A stretch of DNA of 63,156 nt, counting the filler, from Trichomonas gallinae (lineage: Eukaryota), in NCBI GenBank assembly GCA_008369845.1. It is 5 parts of 5 records of this genome, joined end to end, with 100 filler letters (N's around TTAATTAATTAA, not from the genome) between each part and the next. Parts side by side here need not be neighbours in the genome. Positions count along the whole stretch, not along the records: positions 1 to 29,913 come from MRSU01000891.1; 4 more parts are not named here. One strand, written 5' to 3'. The position numbers were made by a program, and so were the translations under genes. This document shows positions 10,299 through 21,144 of this stretch, one piece after another; the stretch's first letter is position 1; each line of letters begins with the position of its first letter. A model generated the notes under the pieces. The model was not told the origin of the DNA, ran no database searches, and was given only the letters and a program-made list of their open reading frames with translations.

Positions 10299-12785
10299 TT
10301 ACTGAATAACGTTCTTGACGAGTTCGAGGATGAGTGGAGCAAGTGTTGGGTCGTTCATTCTGATGCCTGCCTGCACGCGTCCATCAACGAATGAAAGGAA
10401 GACAATAAGTTTCACGCCCTTTGATGTCTGACCTGAGAAGTAGGCAGTGTTGTCCTTCTTTGCGTTGAAGTAGAGCCTCTTTGAGTTGAACTGGTTCTTG
10501 GCGACGGAGATTGAGTCGACTCTTGGGTTATCGACCTGAAGGGTAAGTTCGGATGATGGTGGTAGTGACTGCCAGAATTTGATGAATTCTTCGCGCGAGA
10601 ACTTTCCGCCTTCTTGCTCTGTGACCAAAATTGTTTCGAGCTTCATTGGCACGTGGAAGATGATTGGCGATGGAGAGTTAGTGAGAATAGCAACATCAAG
10701 ATCTGGAGAGACCTTTGCATTCTGCATGTACGATGCATCGAAAGTGATGTGAACTGTGACAGAAATAGACTTTCCGGAAGGAAGGTCCTTCGGGAATCCG
10801 TTCTTTTCTGGTGCGAAGCCGAAGAGGTTCTTGTTGAACGCGATATCTCTGATGCTGTCAGTGTTCTCGTTGAAGTTTGTGATGCGCATTGCGATCTGGC
10901 TTTCTTTACCGATCTGCATAAGAGCTGCTCTGACTTCGAGGCTGTTCGATGACTTTCCTTCAACGACAATTGGGAGTTTGAGGTTCTCAGCTCCATCAGC
11001 CTCACCTGATAAGCCTGATAAACTCATGATCTTGATGCTGTCGACGAATTCGCTCGGTCTCTTGTTGTATAAAACTGAAAGTGTGCCGACAAGTGGCATC
11101 AATTCTTTGACGAGATCAACATCATAAGAGAAGAGCTCTGTCTTGATGAGTGGCTTCGTTGCTGGCATGACTACATCCTGGCAATAATCTTGAGCTTCAG
11201 AGATCAACCAGTAGTACTGGAATGCGCGGTCTCTGATGTCAGGATTGTCGATCTGAGATGTCGCCATTGTGATGACAGACTGGAACATGTCCTGTCCGTC
11301 TTCTTGATTGACCAAGAAGTACTTGAAGACTGCTGTGAGTATTGACATCTGAACATCTGGTGTGTCCTCGAGGAATCCATCGATAAAATGGGCATCAAGG
11401 AGGTCGCCAGCGTTGCCGATTCTGTCCGCATATTCACCGAGAATCCAAACCATTGCTGCCTTAGCTCTGTGGTCGTCGAGGTTGCCAGAGAGAGCTCCGC
11501 AGATGTTGGCGAGGATGCCGAGGTACTGGTTAGGATAGCGGCGGAATATATCGGCGGCAACGACGATGCATTCTTGGACAACGAATTCGATCTTGTTATC
11601 GACGAGAGCAACGATCTTATCAACACATGACTGTGCAGCAGCTTCGAATGTGATAGCGATTTTGCCGATTGCTGCGATAGATTTACGAACAAATTCGACA
11701 TCTGCCTGCTGAGCGTAATCATAGAGTTCTTCGAGAACCTTTCCGACATTCTGAGCACTGCAAAGCGTAAGAATTACATCGAGCTTAGCGAGTTTGATGT
11801 AAGAAGGATCATCAAATTTGCAGAAGAAGATAGAGACTTCTGATGAGAAGAGTCTCTTGTAGTGCTGAAGAAGGATGAGGATAGACTTGATTGCAGCGTA
11901 TTGTATTGGAGCTGTGTTGTTTAATAATGTGACCAAAGGAAGGGCAACGCGAGAAAGTGTTTCGCGGATCTTGGATGGATCATCGACATAAATGTTCATC
12001 TGGAGGCAGCAGCGAATAGCGGAAAGGGCAACAGCAGCATTAGCATGAGAAAGTCTTGTAGCAACACGAGAAATGATACCACGAGCGTCATTAGCATTAT
12101 CTGGCTTGAACTGGCATGTAAAGTCCAGGATCTGAACTTGTGCCCACTCGGTCATCTGATCGATCGAAGCAAGAAGGTTGTTAATCGTGGTAAAAGATGC
12201 TTCGAAAAGTGGTGTTTCTCTTGCCATGTTGATCTCGAGGAGTGCGGAGACCGCATTTGCAGCAACGTTCGGATTCGAATCTTCAACAAGTCTCTTAAGC
12301 TGTGCACCAAGCTTGAATTTTTCGACAAACGAAGATCTACCCTGGTGTATTGATAAAATGGACAAGGCAGCAGCTTTTCTCACGTATGGATCTTCAGATG
12401 AGCATGCGCGCATAACGATAGGTATTAAGCGGTCGATGTTTGACTCGTTAACGAGGCGTCCAATGAGTCTTACTATGATACCCTTAAGTTGTGGATCGGG
12501 CTTCTCAAACTCACCGAGAAGAATCTGAACAGTAACATCTGAGAGTTGTGGCTGGACTTCCATATATCTCTCAGCGAAAATGCCAATGAAACGGCGAACC
12601 TTTATATCAGTCTTAGGGTCCGAGCTTCTGTAACCGGAAATATTTGGGAAAGCCGATGAACAATCGACGTTCTGTGCCTCAAGTGTGACTATTCTCTGGA
12701 AAGCTACGTCACGGTCCTTTTGGTCAGGAGATGCCAGCTTCAATGTCATCTCCTGGAGCTCGCCTGCTTGATGCATACGCGACAT
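10299..12785 (-). CDS. Beta-adaptin (AP-1/AP-2 complex beta subunit)
   Basis: DPYVRKAAA, DSNPNVAANAVSAL, EWAQVQIL, FFCKFDDPSYIKLAKL, DVEFVRKSI, WILGEYADRI, DNPDIRDRA, plus a C-terminal ear domain. Confidence 0.95.
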   Translation of the reverse strand: MSRMHQAGELQEMTLKLASPDQKDRDVAFQRIVTLEAQNVDCSSAFPNISGYRSSDPKTDIKVRRFIGIFAERYMEVQPQLSDVTVQILLGEFEKPDPQLKGIIVRLIGRLVNESNIDRLIPIVMRACSSEDPYVRKAAALSILSIHQGRSSFVEKFKLGAQLKRLVEDSNPNVAANAVSALLEINMARETPLFEASFTTINNLLASIDQMTEWAQVQILDFTCQFKPDNANDARGIISRVATRLSHANAAVALSAIRCCLQMNIYVDDPSKIRETLSRVALPLVTLLNNTAPIQYAAIKSILILLQHYKRLFSSEVSIFFCKFDDPSYIKLAKLDVILTLCSAQNVGKVLEELYDYAQQADVEFVRKSIAAIGKIAITFEAAAQSCVDKIVALVDNKIEFVVQECIVVAADIFRRYPNQYLGILANICGALSGNLDDHRAKAAMVWILGEYADRIGNAGDLLDAHFIDGFLEDTPDVQMSILTAVFKYFLVNQEDGQDMFQSVITMATSQIDNPDIRDRAFQYYWLISEAQDYCQDVVMPATKPLIKTELFSYDVDLVKELMPLVGTLSVLYNKRPSEFVDSIKIMSLSGLSGEADGAENLKLPIVVEGKSSNSLEVRAALMQIGKESQIAMRITNFNENTDSIRDIAFNKNLFGFAPEKNGFPKDLPSGKSISVTVHITFDASYMQNAKVSPDLDVAILTNSPSPIIFHVPMKLETILVTEQEGGKFSREEFIKFWQSLPPSSELTLQVDNPRVDSISVAKNQFNSKRLYFNAKKDNTAYFSGQTSKGVKLIVFLSFVDGRVQAGIRMNDPTLAPLILELVKNVIQ

Positions 12786-12940
12786 ATTGCTTTAATAAAT
12801 GTATCGTCAAATTTTTTTATGATCGTTTAGCAGCGGTTGATATCTGTGAATTGTATACATCATTATTATCGAAATGGTTGACCAGAATAAAATTGTGAAG
12901 AAGGCTTATCTGATTAAATAACCTTAAGTTGCGAAACCAT

Positions 12941-13225
12941 TTTTTAAAATCATTCACACACATCTATTATGGAAAATTATCTCCTGAAGTTTACGCAGTT
13001 CTTTTGAAAAGTTTTTTACTTTTTTATTATTATTTATTTATTGAAATATCAATATAAATAGTTTGTATTTTATTTAAAATGAGAACTCATTTTGAGTGAA
13101 CAGAAAATTGAATAATAAAAAAATTGTTTAGATTTTTTAATCATTTATATCAGTATATTATGGATAATAATCTCCTGAAGTTTACATCGATCTTTTGAAA
13201 AGTTTTTTTTTATTGCATATTATTA
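12941..13225. repeat. Diverged direct duplication, about 90 bp core, about 190 bp offset
   Basis: TATTATGGA.AAT.ATCTCCTGAAGTTTAC....TCTTTTGAAAAGTTTTTT occurs near 12965 and near 13156. Confidence 0.75.
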
Positions 13226-13654
13226 TATTTTGTAGCAAATGATTATATTGAGTCAACAAAATTTTGTATGAAAAAAGTTATAAAGTGTTCGGATTTCGAA
13301 AATGAAAATTGAAATGAAAATATGCATCGTCTATAGATATACATAATGAAACTCTAATCCGAAAATGAATTTGTTATTACATGTCAAAAATAATCTTGTA
13401 AACTTGATGAGCTTTGTCGTCAGATTATTAAGGATTTTTGTCAAGTAAAGTTATGCCATGAATATTACTCAGAGCATATGGCCGTATAAATATGCATGGA
13501 TAAAATCTTTTTGTTAATGTTTTATCCATTTTTTGTTTTTTGTTTATCATCAAATGAAAACATATTTTTATAAAACGCGATGTATTATCTGGAAGCCAAA
13601 TCTCCCCCATCAATAGTAAGTCAATATAGCCTTTCCATAATCATAAATTAAAAC

Positions 13655-13830
13655 AGCCTCCCCATACAAAAAAAGTCATCCCCTCAATATCGAAAAATCA
13701 AATTATCTCCCCATAATAAAAATGCCATCCCCTTATTATTAAAATTTCAAAAGAGTTCCCCATAATAAAAAAGTCGTCCCCCATTATCAAAAAGTCAGAA
13801 TATCCCCATAATAAAAAATCCATCCCCTAA
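13655..13830. repeat. Four-copy 46-49 bp minisatellite with paired CCCC runs abutting a start codon
   Basis: C4 runs start at 13660/13680, 13709/13729, 13758/13778 and 13804/13824; unit is about CCCCATAATAAAAAAGTCATCCCC...TATCAAAAA.TCA. Confidence 0.8.
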
Positions 13831-13837
13831 TTTTCAT

Positions 13838-15259
13838 ATGAGATCGATTAATGCCGAAAAGAAGATATCTGTTGAAGATGCGCACGCTGCTGCTGTTCGA
13901 AACGAGTTAGTCGATGACTCTAATGAAGTTTCTCCCGAACTTGTTCTTTCTTGGTTGAAAGATTTTGGATCAAATTTGGATAAATCTGAATTTCTTATAG
14001 ATTACTATCAAAAATACAAGTTTGAGTACCACATGACATCAAATTTTGGTGAATTGGTCCCATTTCTTGAGTTTATTGTACAAACAGTTGATCATAATAC
14101 AGATTTGAGAACGACATTTAGCCGAATTCTCCCAAATATTGCAAATAGTGAACTAGCAGACGAGTTTCTTAATTCTGGGTTAGTGAATGAGTTCATCAAT
14201 CGCTTTCCATTCTGTGGATCACCTTTAATTTTGGAAAGTTTTGTTTATTATTCGAAGGAACTTAAATTTTACTGCATACAGAATGGAATTTTACAGAAAA
14301 TTGTTGCTTTCCTGGAGAATCCGACAACGTATGATGATGTTATCGATGTATTTGCTTTGATTTCAACATTCATCAGGGAACATGATGAAGTCTATCAAAA
14401 TTTCTTGCCGATATACAATAACATTCTAGCTTTTCTGTTTGCAAGGCCGGAATATTTCAAACACACGCTTGGAGGATTAAAATACTTTATGTATGATCAA
14501 AATTTAGCCATACAGTTCCTTCTAAACCCACATCTTGCTGATCTACTGCATGTTCTTAACCCAGAAGTCGCTGTTTTGCCACTAGCAAATATTATTGAAT
14601 ACATGTTTGATAATTCAGATAAGTATTACACCATGAAAATGCAAGATTCGGAGACAACTATGACAGTTAACAAAGTTCCAGAACTCATTAAAGCTCTTAG
14701 AGGTCAAAAAATTTTCGAATTCGAATATTTTCACAGTCTTTTCTCTAAATATAGAGATAATCAAGAAATGATGTCGCATATCATCTACGGTATATCTTCT
14801 TTATTCGCTGTCACAGATTATGCAGTCGAATGTGAAAATACAGGAATTACTTTAGATTTGATTCAGTTTCTCAACTCTGATGTAGTTTTCGCAGTGAAAA
14901 TAGAATCATTCAAGTGTCTATTAAGGATATTCGCCATGGCACAAATCCCGCAGATGGTGAACATGATAAATATGGGATTTTTCGATGTTTTGTTAACATA
15001 TTTCGACGAAATCAAGTGGTCGGTCTTTTCTGACCTTATGTCCATGTTGTATCATGCACAGAAATATATGGAGATCAGAGAGAATGAAGAATTCGCGCAA
15101 ATGATGGAAGAAATTTTCGATAATGAATTTCTTGACAGATTATACGAAATGACTACTGATCCTGATAAGTTTGAAGATATTGAGGGCTATGATCCTGAAA
15201 CACACCCATTTTATGATCTACAAGCATTATTAAGTCGATTTGATATAGAAGTTGCATAA
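13838..15259 (+). CDS. Hypothetical alpha-helical (ARM-like) protein
   Basis: 473-aa ORF with amphipathic helical patterning; Inr-like TCAT immediately upstream. Confidence 0.7.
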   Translation: MRSINAEKKISVEDAHAAAVRNELVDDSNEVSPELVLSWLKDFGSNLDKSEFLIDYYQKYKFEYHMTSNFGELVPFLEFIVQTVDHNTDLRTTFSRILPNIANSELADEFLNSGLVNEFINRFPFCGSPLILESFVYYSKELKFYCIQNGILQKIVAFLENPTTYDDVIDVFALISTFIREHDEVYQNFLPIYNNILAFLFARPEYFKHTLGGLKYFMYDQNLAIQFLLNPHLADLLHVLNPEVAVLPLANIIEYMFDNSDKYYTMKMQDSETTMTVNKVPELIKALRGQKIFEFEYFHSLFSKYRDNQEMMSHIIYGISSLFAVTDYAVECENTGITLDLIQFLNSDVVFAVKIESFKCLLRIFAMAQIPQMVNMINMGFFDVLLTYFDEIKWSVFSDLMSMLYHAQKYMEIRENEEFAQMMEEIFDNEFLDRLYEMTTDPDKFEDIEGYDPETHPFYDLQALLSRFDIEVA

Positions 15260-15637
15260 GTTAATGATATTATTTGACTCTTGTTTAAACACTGTTTTTT
15301 AATTGTATATGTTTTTGATTCTTTTAACATTCATGAATTTAAATTATTTGACATTTTAAATTTACATTTGACGTGTAAGCTTCAATTTTCAATATTTTAC
15401 TTGACAAATATATTTACATGACAAAATTTAGAATACGTCAAAAATTTACCAGATTAATTTTTAGCAATTATTAGCATATATGAATAGAATTTACGTGAGA
15501 TACCAGTTCCTATATATTCTTGTTTATGTTGAAGAGGTGCATCCCGCGTCAAAAATTAACTCTAAAATATAGGAATAAAAATTTTGAAAAAACAGTTTAT
15601 ATAAAGAGAAAACTAACAAATATTTTTATTAATGTTT

Positions 15638-18535
15638 TCAATGATGATGATGGTTGCAATGATGGCAGCAGTGCTCATCGTGACAATGATGTTCTTCTGC
15701 GCCAGGTTCTGGCTTGAATTTTGGCCTTTCTTTGGCTGCAAGCAGTTCGTGCATTCTCTTCGTGATCCTGATGAGTTTTCTGTCCATATATTTGATGAGC
15801 TGAGGTTCGATCGTTTTATCATCATCCAAATCTTCTTTGAGTGTCTTAAACATATCATTGAGGAACTCCTCATCGAATCCTTTCTTCTTAAGTTCTTCGT
15901 CGTCAAGAGTCAAGTAATAAGTGAGAACTAATGCCAAGTCACCATCTGGATTGCAAAACTTCGGCTGCAGATCATATAACTGCATGAAAAGATCAGCCAT
16001 CTCTGGTCCATCATAATCGAAATCTTCTGCGATGACAGACTTAGCTATTTGCTGCGTGATTACTGATCTCTGGTTGATCTCGTTGCTGTTATTAATCAAA
16101 ACTTCAAGGAATGCTGGCCCGAGATATGTTATAGTTTTAACATCATGCCTGTAGTTATCCCAGACATCTTCAAGCGTCGCCAACAAAGACATAAGTGGCA
16201 AACTGATAAATCGGTCAACGAGATCGATAGCAAGCTGTATTGTGCCGATAATGTCAATGTGCCCAGTGTTACAGTCAGACAATCTGTCCAATATCATGTC
16301 ATATAATTTGACTGCATAATTTTCTTCGATTATTTCTTTCTCGAGGGCAATTTGCAATGGTTTGACGAGTTGCGGCAAGATTGAATTAGGAACAAGTGGC
16401 ACCCACATTATCAATGTCTGAACGAGAAGCTGTGACTTTCCCGGGAATTTGGAAACAAAATGAGAAAAAGCATTGTACATGGCAAATTTTTCTTGCGAGA
16501 AACCAAATGGCAGATTTTGCCCGAAGACGGCCAATCTACCCTGCAAGCCGCAGTAAATCAACTCATTTACCGGCTTGTTTGGATCTTGAAGATTGTCAAT
16601 GACTGTCTTGAGAATGATGTACGCGTTATTTACAAGATTTCTATTAACAGACTTCTTCACATAATCAACGAATTTGTTATATATAGAAGAAAGTTTTTCG
16701 CTTGGAACTTTTTTGTGCAAAATCGCAGCAATTTTCACTCCGCGACGAATGATGCAGTCATCTGATGAATCAATCATCTCGTCAATGATGTCATAAGGGA
16801 AGGTGTCATTGTTTTTCTCAGCGCAGAATCTAGCAAATTGGACAGCGAATTTGGAGTCTTTTGATTCCATAATTTTTGCGAATGAATTTTGTATTAAATT
16901 ATTTTTGTCGTAATCAAGATAATCGAGTGCAACTTTAGCGGCATGATAAGACTTGTTGTTATCAATTATCTCGCAAATAATCGGAACAATTTTATACCTG
17001 CCTTCAGCCAAAACGTTTTCATATTGATCAATGATATCATATATTCTCTCTATTGCTGTGATTCTCAGTCCAGGCTCTAAACCTGCTGTTTCAGCAATAC
17101 CGAGCAGATAGCTTGCGATTGTTGAGACATCTGGTTCATTTGGATCGTGAATGCTAAGCGCTACATGCTGTATATACTCGAAATAAGCCGGAATATTTAT
17201 CTGAGAGAAAGATAAACTTGCATCAATGATTTTCCAAAGGCAAAGTCTTGCTTCGAATATTCCAGCATCGAGTAATTCTGTTAATAACTTCATTGCCTGT
17301 ATTCCTGAGTCTCCATAATTAAGAGATAATGATTCTACGATTGATGGAATAATTGACGAAATGAATTCTTCGTTTTTATGGGTAAGTCCTTCAGCGGATT
17401 TGCGTAATGCATAGTACAGGGCTTGTTTGAGCGGATAATTATCTGTGAATCCAGCTTTAATCGCATCAAGAAATTCATTAAAGCTTTTTTCGTCGAAATT
17501 GCGGTAGAAGAATTCGAGGATACTCCATATTACAATAGCACCAGGATAATTAACAGATTGAAGCTCTTCTTTGAGAATATGAATTAAATGTTTTAATTGC
17601 ATGTGTGTGAAGATTCCTGAGACGGACTCAAGAGCCTGCAAGCTTTTCTCATGTATTGTATGTGTTTCTCCAATGAAAGTTGATTCATATGAAATTAAAA
17701 TATGAAAAAGATATTCTAAGTCGCTGTAACAAAAGAATGGAGCAAAAGGTAAAATGTATGCAAGATTTTCGAGCCATTCACCAACAGAATGAACGTGCTC
17801 AGCTTCAAAAATATCGGATAATATTTTATTTTCTTTGTTGAACAATTCTTGGTGTGAATCTTTGAGGTAATTCAATGACATAACGAATTTTTCGGTTAAA
17901 TGTGGATGTCTCTTGCTATTTGCGAAAAGAATTTTCCAAACTGCATTTAAAAATGGTTCTTGAATCTCAGGAGTAATCTTTTCGAAATCTAAAAGTCCTA
18001 TTATACGTATTAATGCAAGTTGTTGGATCTCTGTAAGCGAAGATAAATCTTGTTGAATTAAATTGCATAAAAATACTGTATTATACTTAAAAAAGTCGTT
18101 ATTTATATATTGGTAGACATTTGCTATTATTTGAGCGGCCTGAATGTAAAATTTATCGCCATTTCTGCCGAGATTTTTGAAAAATTTATTTGAATCTTTA
18201 CCATAGTAAATAGAAAACAGCGAAATTCCTTCCAAAAACCCAGAAAATGCTGGGTTCTGGATGACATTTGGTAACAATTCGTTTAATTGATTCCAAATTT
18301 CGTTTATTTGTTTTTTATTGAATAAAACATTGTGTTTCGATATGTAAGGCGATAAATTATAGCAAAATCCAGCGAGAATCCTTTGATTATATGTGTTAAT
18401 AACGATTGAAAATAATTCAATAAATGAATCAATTGATATGTTCAGTGGAAATGACGGCCTATAGTATCTTTCGCCACTTTCCATGATTTCAGCACCTTGT
18501 TGATCAAGAAGAGGCAATAATTCATATGGATCCAT
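15638..18535 (-). CDS. Large HEAT/ARM-like hypothetical protein with a His/Cys-rich C-terminal tail
   Basis: 965-aa ORF, all-helical composition; ends EEHHCHDEHCCHHCNHHHH. Confidence 0.75.
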   Translation of the reverse strand: MDPYELLPLLDQQGAEIMESGERYYRPSFPLNISIDSFIELFSIVINTYNQRILAGFCYNLSPYISKHNVLFNKKQINEIWNQLNELLPNVIQNPAFSGFLEGISLFSIYYGKDSNKFFKNLGRNGDKFYIQAAQIIANVYQYINNDFFKYNTVFLCNLIQQDLSSLTEIQQLALIRIIGLLDFEKITPEIQEPFLNAVWKILFANSKRHPHLTEKFVMSLNYLKDSHQELFNKENKILSDIFEAEHVHSVGEWLENLAYILPFAPFFCYSDLEYLFHILISYESTFIGETHTIHEKSLQALESVSGIFTHMQLKHLIHILKEELQSVNYPGAIVIWSILEFFYRNFDEKSFNEFLDAIKAGFTDNYPLKQALYYALRKSAEGLTHKNEEFISSIIPSIVESLSLNYGDSGIQAMKLLTELLDAGIFEARLCLWKIIDASLSFSQINIPAYFEYIQHVALSIHDPNEPDVSTIASYLLGIAETAGLEPGLRITAIERIYDIIDQYENVLAEGRYKIVPIICEIIDNNKSYHAAKVALDYLDYDKNNLIQNSFAKIMESKDSKFAVQFARFCAEKNNDTFPYDIIDEMIDSSDDCIIRRGVKIAAILHKKVPSEKLSSIYNKFVDYVKKSVNRNLVNNAYIILKTVIDNLQDPNKPVNELIYCGLQGRLAVFGQNLPFGFSQEKFAMYNAFSHFVSKFPGKSQLLVQTLIMWVPLVPNSILPQLVKPLQIALEKEIIEENYAVKLYDMILDRLSDCNTGHIDIIGTIQLAIDLVDRFISLPLMSLLATLEDVWDNYRHDVKTITYLGPAFLEVLINNSNEINQRSVITQQIAKSVIAEDFDYDGPEMADLFMQLYDLQPKFCNPDGDLALVLTYYLTLDDEELKKKGFDEEFLNDMFKTLKEDLDDDKTIEPQLIKYMDRKLIRITKRMHELLAAKERPKFKPEPGAEEHHCHDEHCCHHCNHHHH

Positions 18536-18861
18536 TCAGCTTACAAATAATATAATAAAAGTGACAAAATTTAAACTTTTTGAAAAGTGACAAACATTAA
18601 CCTTACAAAAGTGTCAATTTTTGAACTCAAGAAGGGACAATATAATGGAGTCATGTTCGCGTTTCGCAAATATTTTTAACTTGATAGATGCAGAGATCTT
18701 ATAAATAAATGATTTTTCCATAAGCAGCAATTTGGATTATCCTTAGAATGAATAATCTGCATTTTGTCAATTATCACTTTTCATTGCACTAAAAACATCA
18801 TTTTTAAAACCAAACAAGATCTTTATTAGGAGCAAATAAATATAATAATCACATTTAAATA

Positions 18862-19713
18862 TCAATCAAACATGCTAGATATATGTACAGCAGGATTGAC
18901 AACGAAATAATTCGCATATGCATCTATATATGACTGAATTGGACAATAATTTCGATGATAGCTTAGAAAAACAGGATTTTTAGATATATATTCTGCGGAA
19001 TTCTGCTGTGTAACATTGAATAATTTAACGTTATTATCTATAGGATAATTAAATACTAAAACACTATTGCGAATCTCGGTATATTCATTACCATATTTCT
19101 CCCAAATATGCAAAAATTTTTGACAGTTGCCCAAAACAAAAAGTGAATCAGAAAAGTAAATTTGGGAGTTTCTCCCTACATACATAAATATAGATCCCGT
19201 TGTCCAGAAGTTTACTACATTCAGGTATTTAATATCTTTATTGTTTGAATATAATTCGAGCGAAAAACTAGAATGATTATTATCTGTAAATATAAGGTTC
19301 CTTGATACCAAATTAGAGTCAATTCTTCCAAAAGTATTCCACTCTGACTTACATTTTGATATGTTGGAAGACCTGAACTGGCATATATTACTTGATATAT
19401 AAAATGCGTGGGCTTCACTTTGGCCTGAAGTTATTTCAATAAAATCTATTTTAGTGTCATTACGAATAAAAATTGCATGAATAAGTTTTGTTTTGCAATT
19501 TTTAAAAGTTGAGCATTTCAGTATAAGCGGATTAACAGTTACAGTTCCTCGGTTATTTGAGGAACAATTCTGAAAAACGCACCAAGCAATTCGTATTGTT
19601 GCATCAAGAGCTGAATAAATTGCTGCCCCATCTTCTGCGGATGAAATATTGATAAAGGTGCTTTGCATCACTGTCATAGGATGTTTGATTTCCAACCGTT
19701 TGGATGTTATCAT
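18862..19713 (-). CDS. Hypothetical protein, pectin-lyase-like/beta-helix type trichomonad family
   Basis: 283-aa ORF with repeated FxNC motifs (FQNC, FKNC), GAAIY and SNISKC. Confidence 0.6.
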   Translation of the reverse strand: MITSKRLEIKHPMTVMQSTFINISSAEDGAAIYSALDATIRIAWCVFQNCSSNNRGTVTVNPLILKCSTFKNCKTKLIHAIFIRNDTKIDFIEITSGQSEAHAFYISSNICQFRSSNISKCKSEWNTFGRIDSNLVSRNLIFTDNNHSSFSLELYSNNKDIKYLNVVNFWTTGSIFMYVGRNSQIYFSDSLFVLGNCQKFLHIWEKYGNEYTEIRNSVLVFNYPIDNNVKLFNVTQQNSAEYISKNPVFLSYHRNYCPIQSYIDAYANYFVVNPAVHISSMFD

Positions 19714-20307
19714 TCAAAAAAGAACCAAAATTCATATTGCCAATTTTCACAAGAATAAGATTAAACGTATTGTCGTTTGCCAGTCAATTTGACAATTGTC
19801 ATTTGACAGTCAATTCTCAAAGTATGTTCATTTTTCAAATCAATCCGAATAAATAGTAAAAATCGAAACACTTTAAATTACTCAAACCTGTTGAAACACT
19901 AATATCTTTATATGTTGATATATTGATTAACAATCACATGATGTTTGCATCAATATCAAAGTAATATTTTCAACATTTTAGCAAAATGTTTGACACTTTT
20001 GCGGTTTGAGCGAAGCGCAAAACCACATAAAGTATCAATACATTTTGAAATAGTTGTTATTCTTTTCAAGGTGAATTCAAAATTGAATGAAACCGTGAAA
20101 AGAATCACAACTATTTCTAAATCGAAAAAATTGAAAATATCAGAGTATGAAACAGATTCGCAGAAGTCCAAGGATGAAGCAGCTATATTCCTAGGAAAAA
20201 TCTAATAATTGTTATTATTATCAACAAAGTGCTAAATCAGATAACTACATCATTGCAGCAGCAATTTACCCCTGCTTAAATTTTTCACACCCCCTAAAAT
20301 TAAAATT

Positions 20308-21144
20308 ATGTCGAAAGATTCTTTTCCCGCGTTACTGAGTAGGATTGACGACATCATCGAAGAATTAGTTTTGGTGAAGGAAATAGAGGACCAAAACTAT
20401 CGTATTCTGCTCAGTATGACCGTTAAACTGCGAGATCAGCAACTAGAAAATCTTAAACGTATACAACTTTGCTCTGATTTGAAGAAATCAGTAGAGCAAG
20501 TGATGGCATATTCGACAGTATCCGATCAAATCGTATGCCAATTCGAGCAACTGAAGAAGAAATATCCAAAACAATTAAATAATGTATTTTACGACTTCAG
20601 AAACCCAGAAACATTCAAAGAACCAGCTTTAGTTATGTCAATAAATGTTTTAATATCATTACAAGTTCAAGGATTCGGTAACGATGTCAGCAAAGTTTTA
20701 GATTTAATGAAAATACGACATTTACAGTATAAACTCATTACAAATTGCGATGAACTACACAAGAAAGCGTTCTCAATAGCTACATATTCAAATACTCTCA
20801 GCGATGAACCAGATTATTCACAACAGAAGTTTGACGCGATTTCAGCTGAGCTAGCTAAGTACCGTGAGGAAGTAAGGAGATTGCAAGAAGAAAACAAATC
20901 ATTGCACGAAAAACTTGCTGAAGAAAAAAATAGGAATGATATACTGTCGAGAACAATGAACCAGTTATCAGAAGAGAAGCTGCAGTTAGAAAAGAAGTTT
21001 GGAATGGAAAGAACTGAATATAATATTAGAATTCAACATTTAGTTAAAACAGCTTCTGCATCAGCTGACAAAGACAATGAAATCGCTTTACTACGTGAGC
21101 AAGTCAATACATTACAAGCAATTCTTGAGAATAGGAAAAAATAA
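20308..21144 (+). CDS. Hypothetical coiled-coil protein
   Basis: 278-aa ORF with heptad E/K/L/Q-rich C-terminal half. Confidence 0.75.
   Translation: MSKDSFPALLSRIDDIIEELVLVKEIEDQNYRILLSMTVKLRDQQLENLKRIQLCSDLKKSVEQVMAYSTVSDQIVCQFEQLKKKYPKQLNNVFYDFRNPETFKEPALVMSINVLISLQVQGFGNDVSKVLDLMKIRHLQYKLITNCDELHKKAFSIATYSNTLSDEPDYSQQKFDAISAELAKYREEVRRLQEENKSLHEKLAEEKNRNDILSRTMNQLSEEKLQLEKKFGMERTEYNIRIQHLVKTASASADKDNEIALLREQVNTLQAILENRKK

Noticed and set aside
13655..13830. CRISPR-like array
   Set aside because: Units are degenerate, the spacers are related to each other, the context is eukaryotic and there are no cas genes
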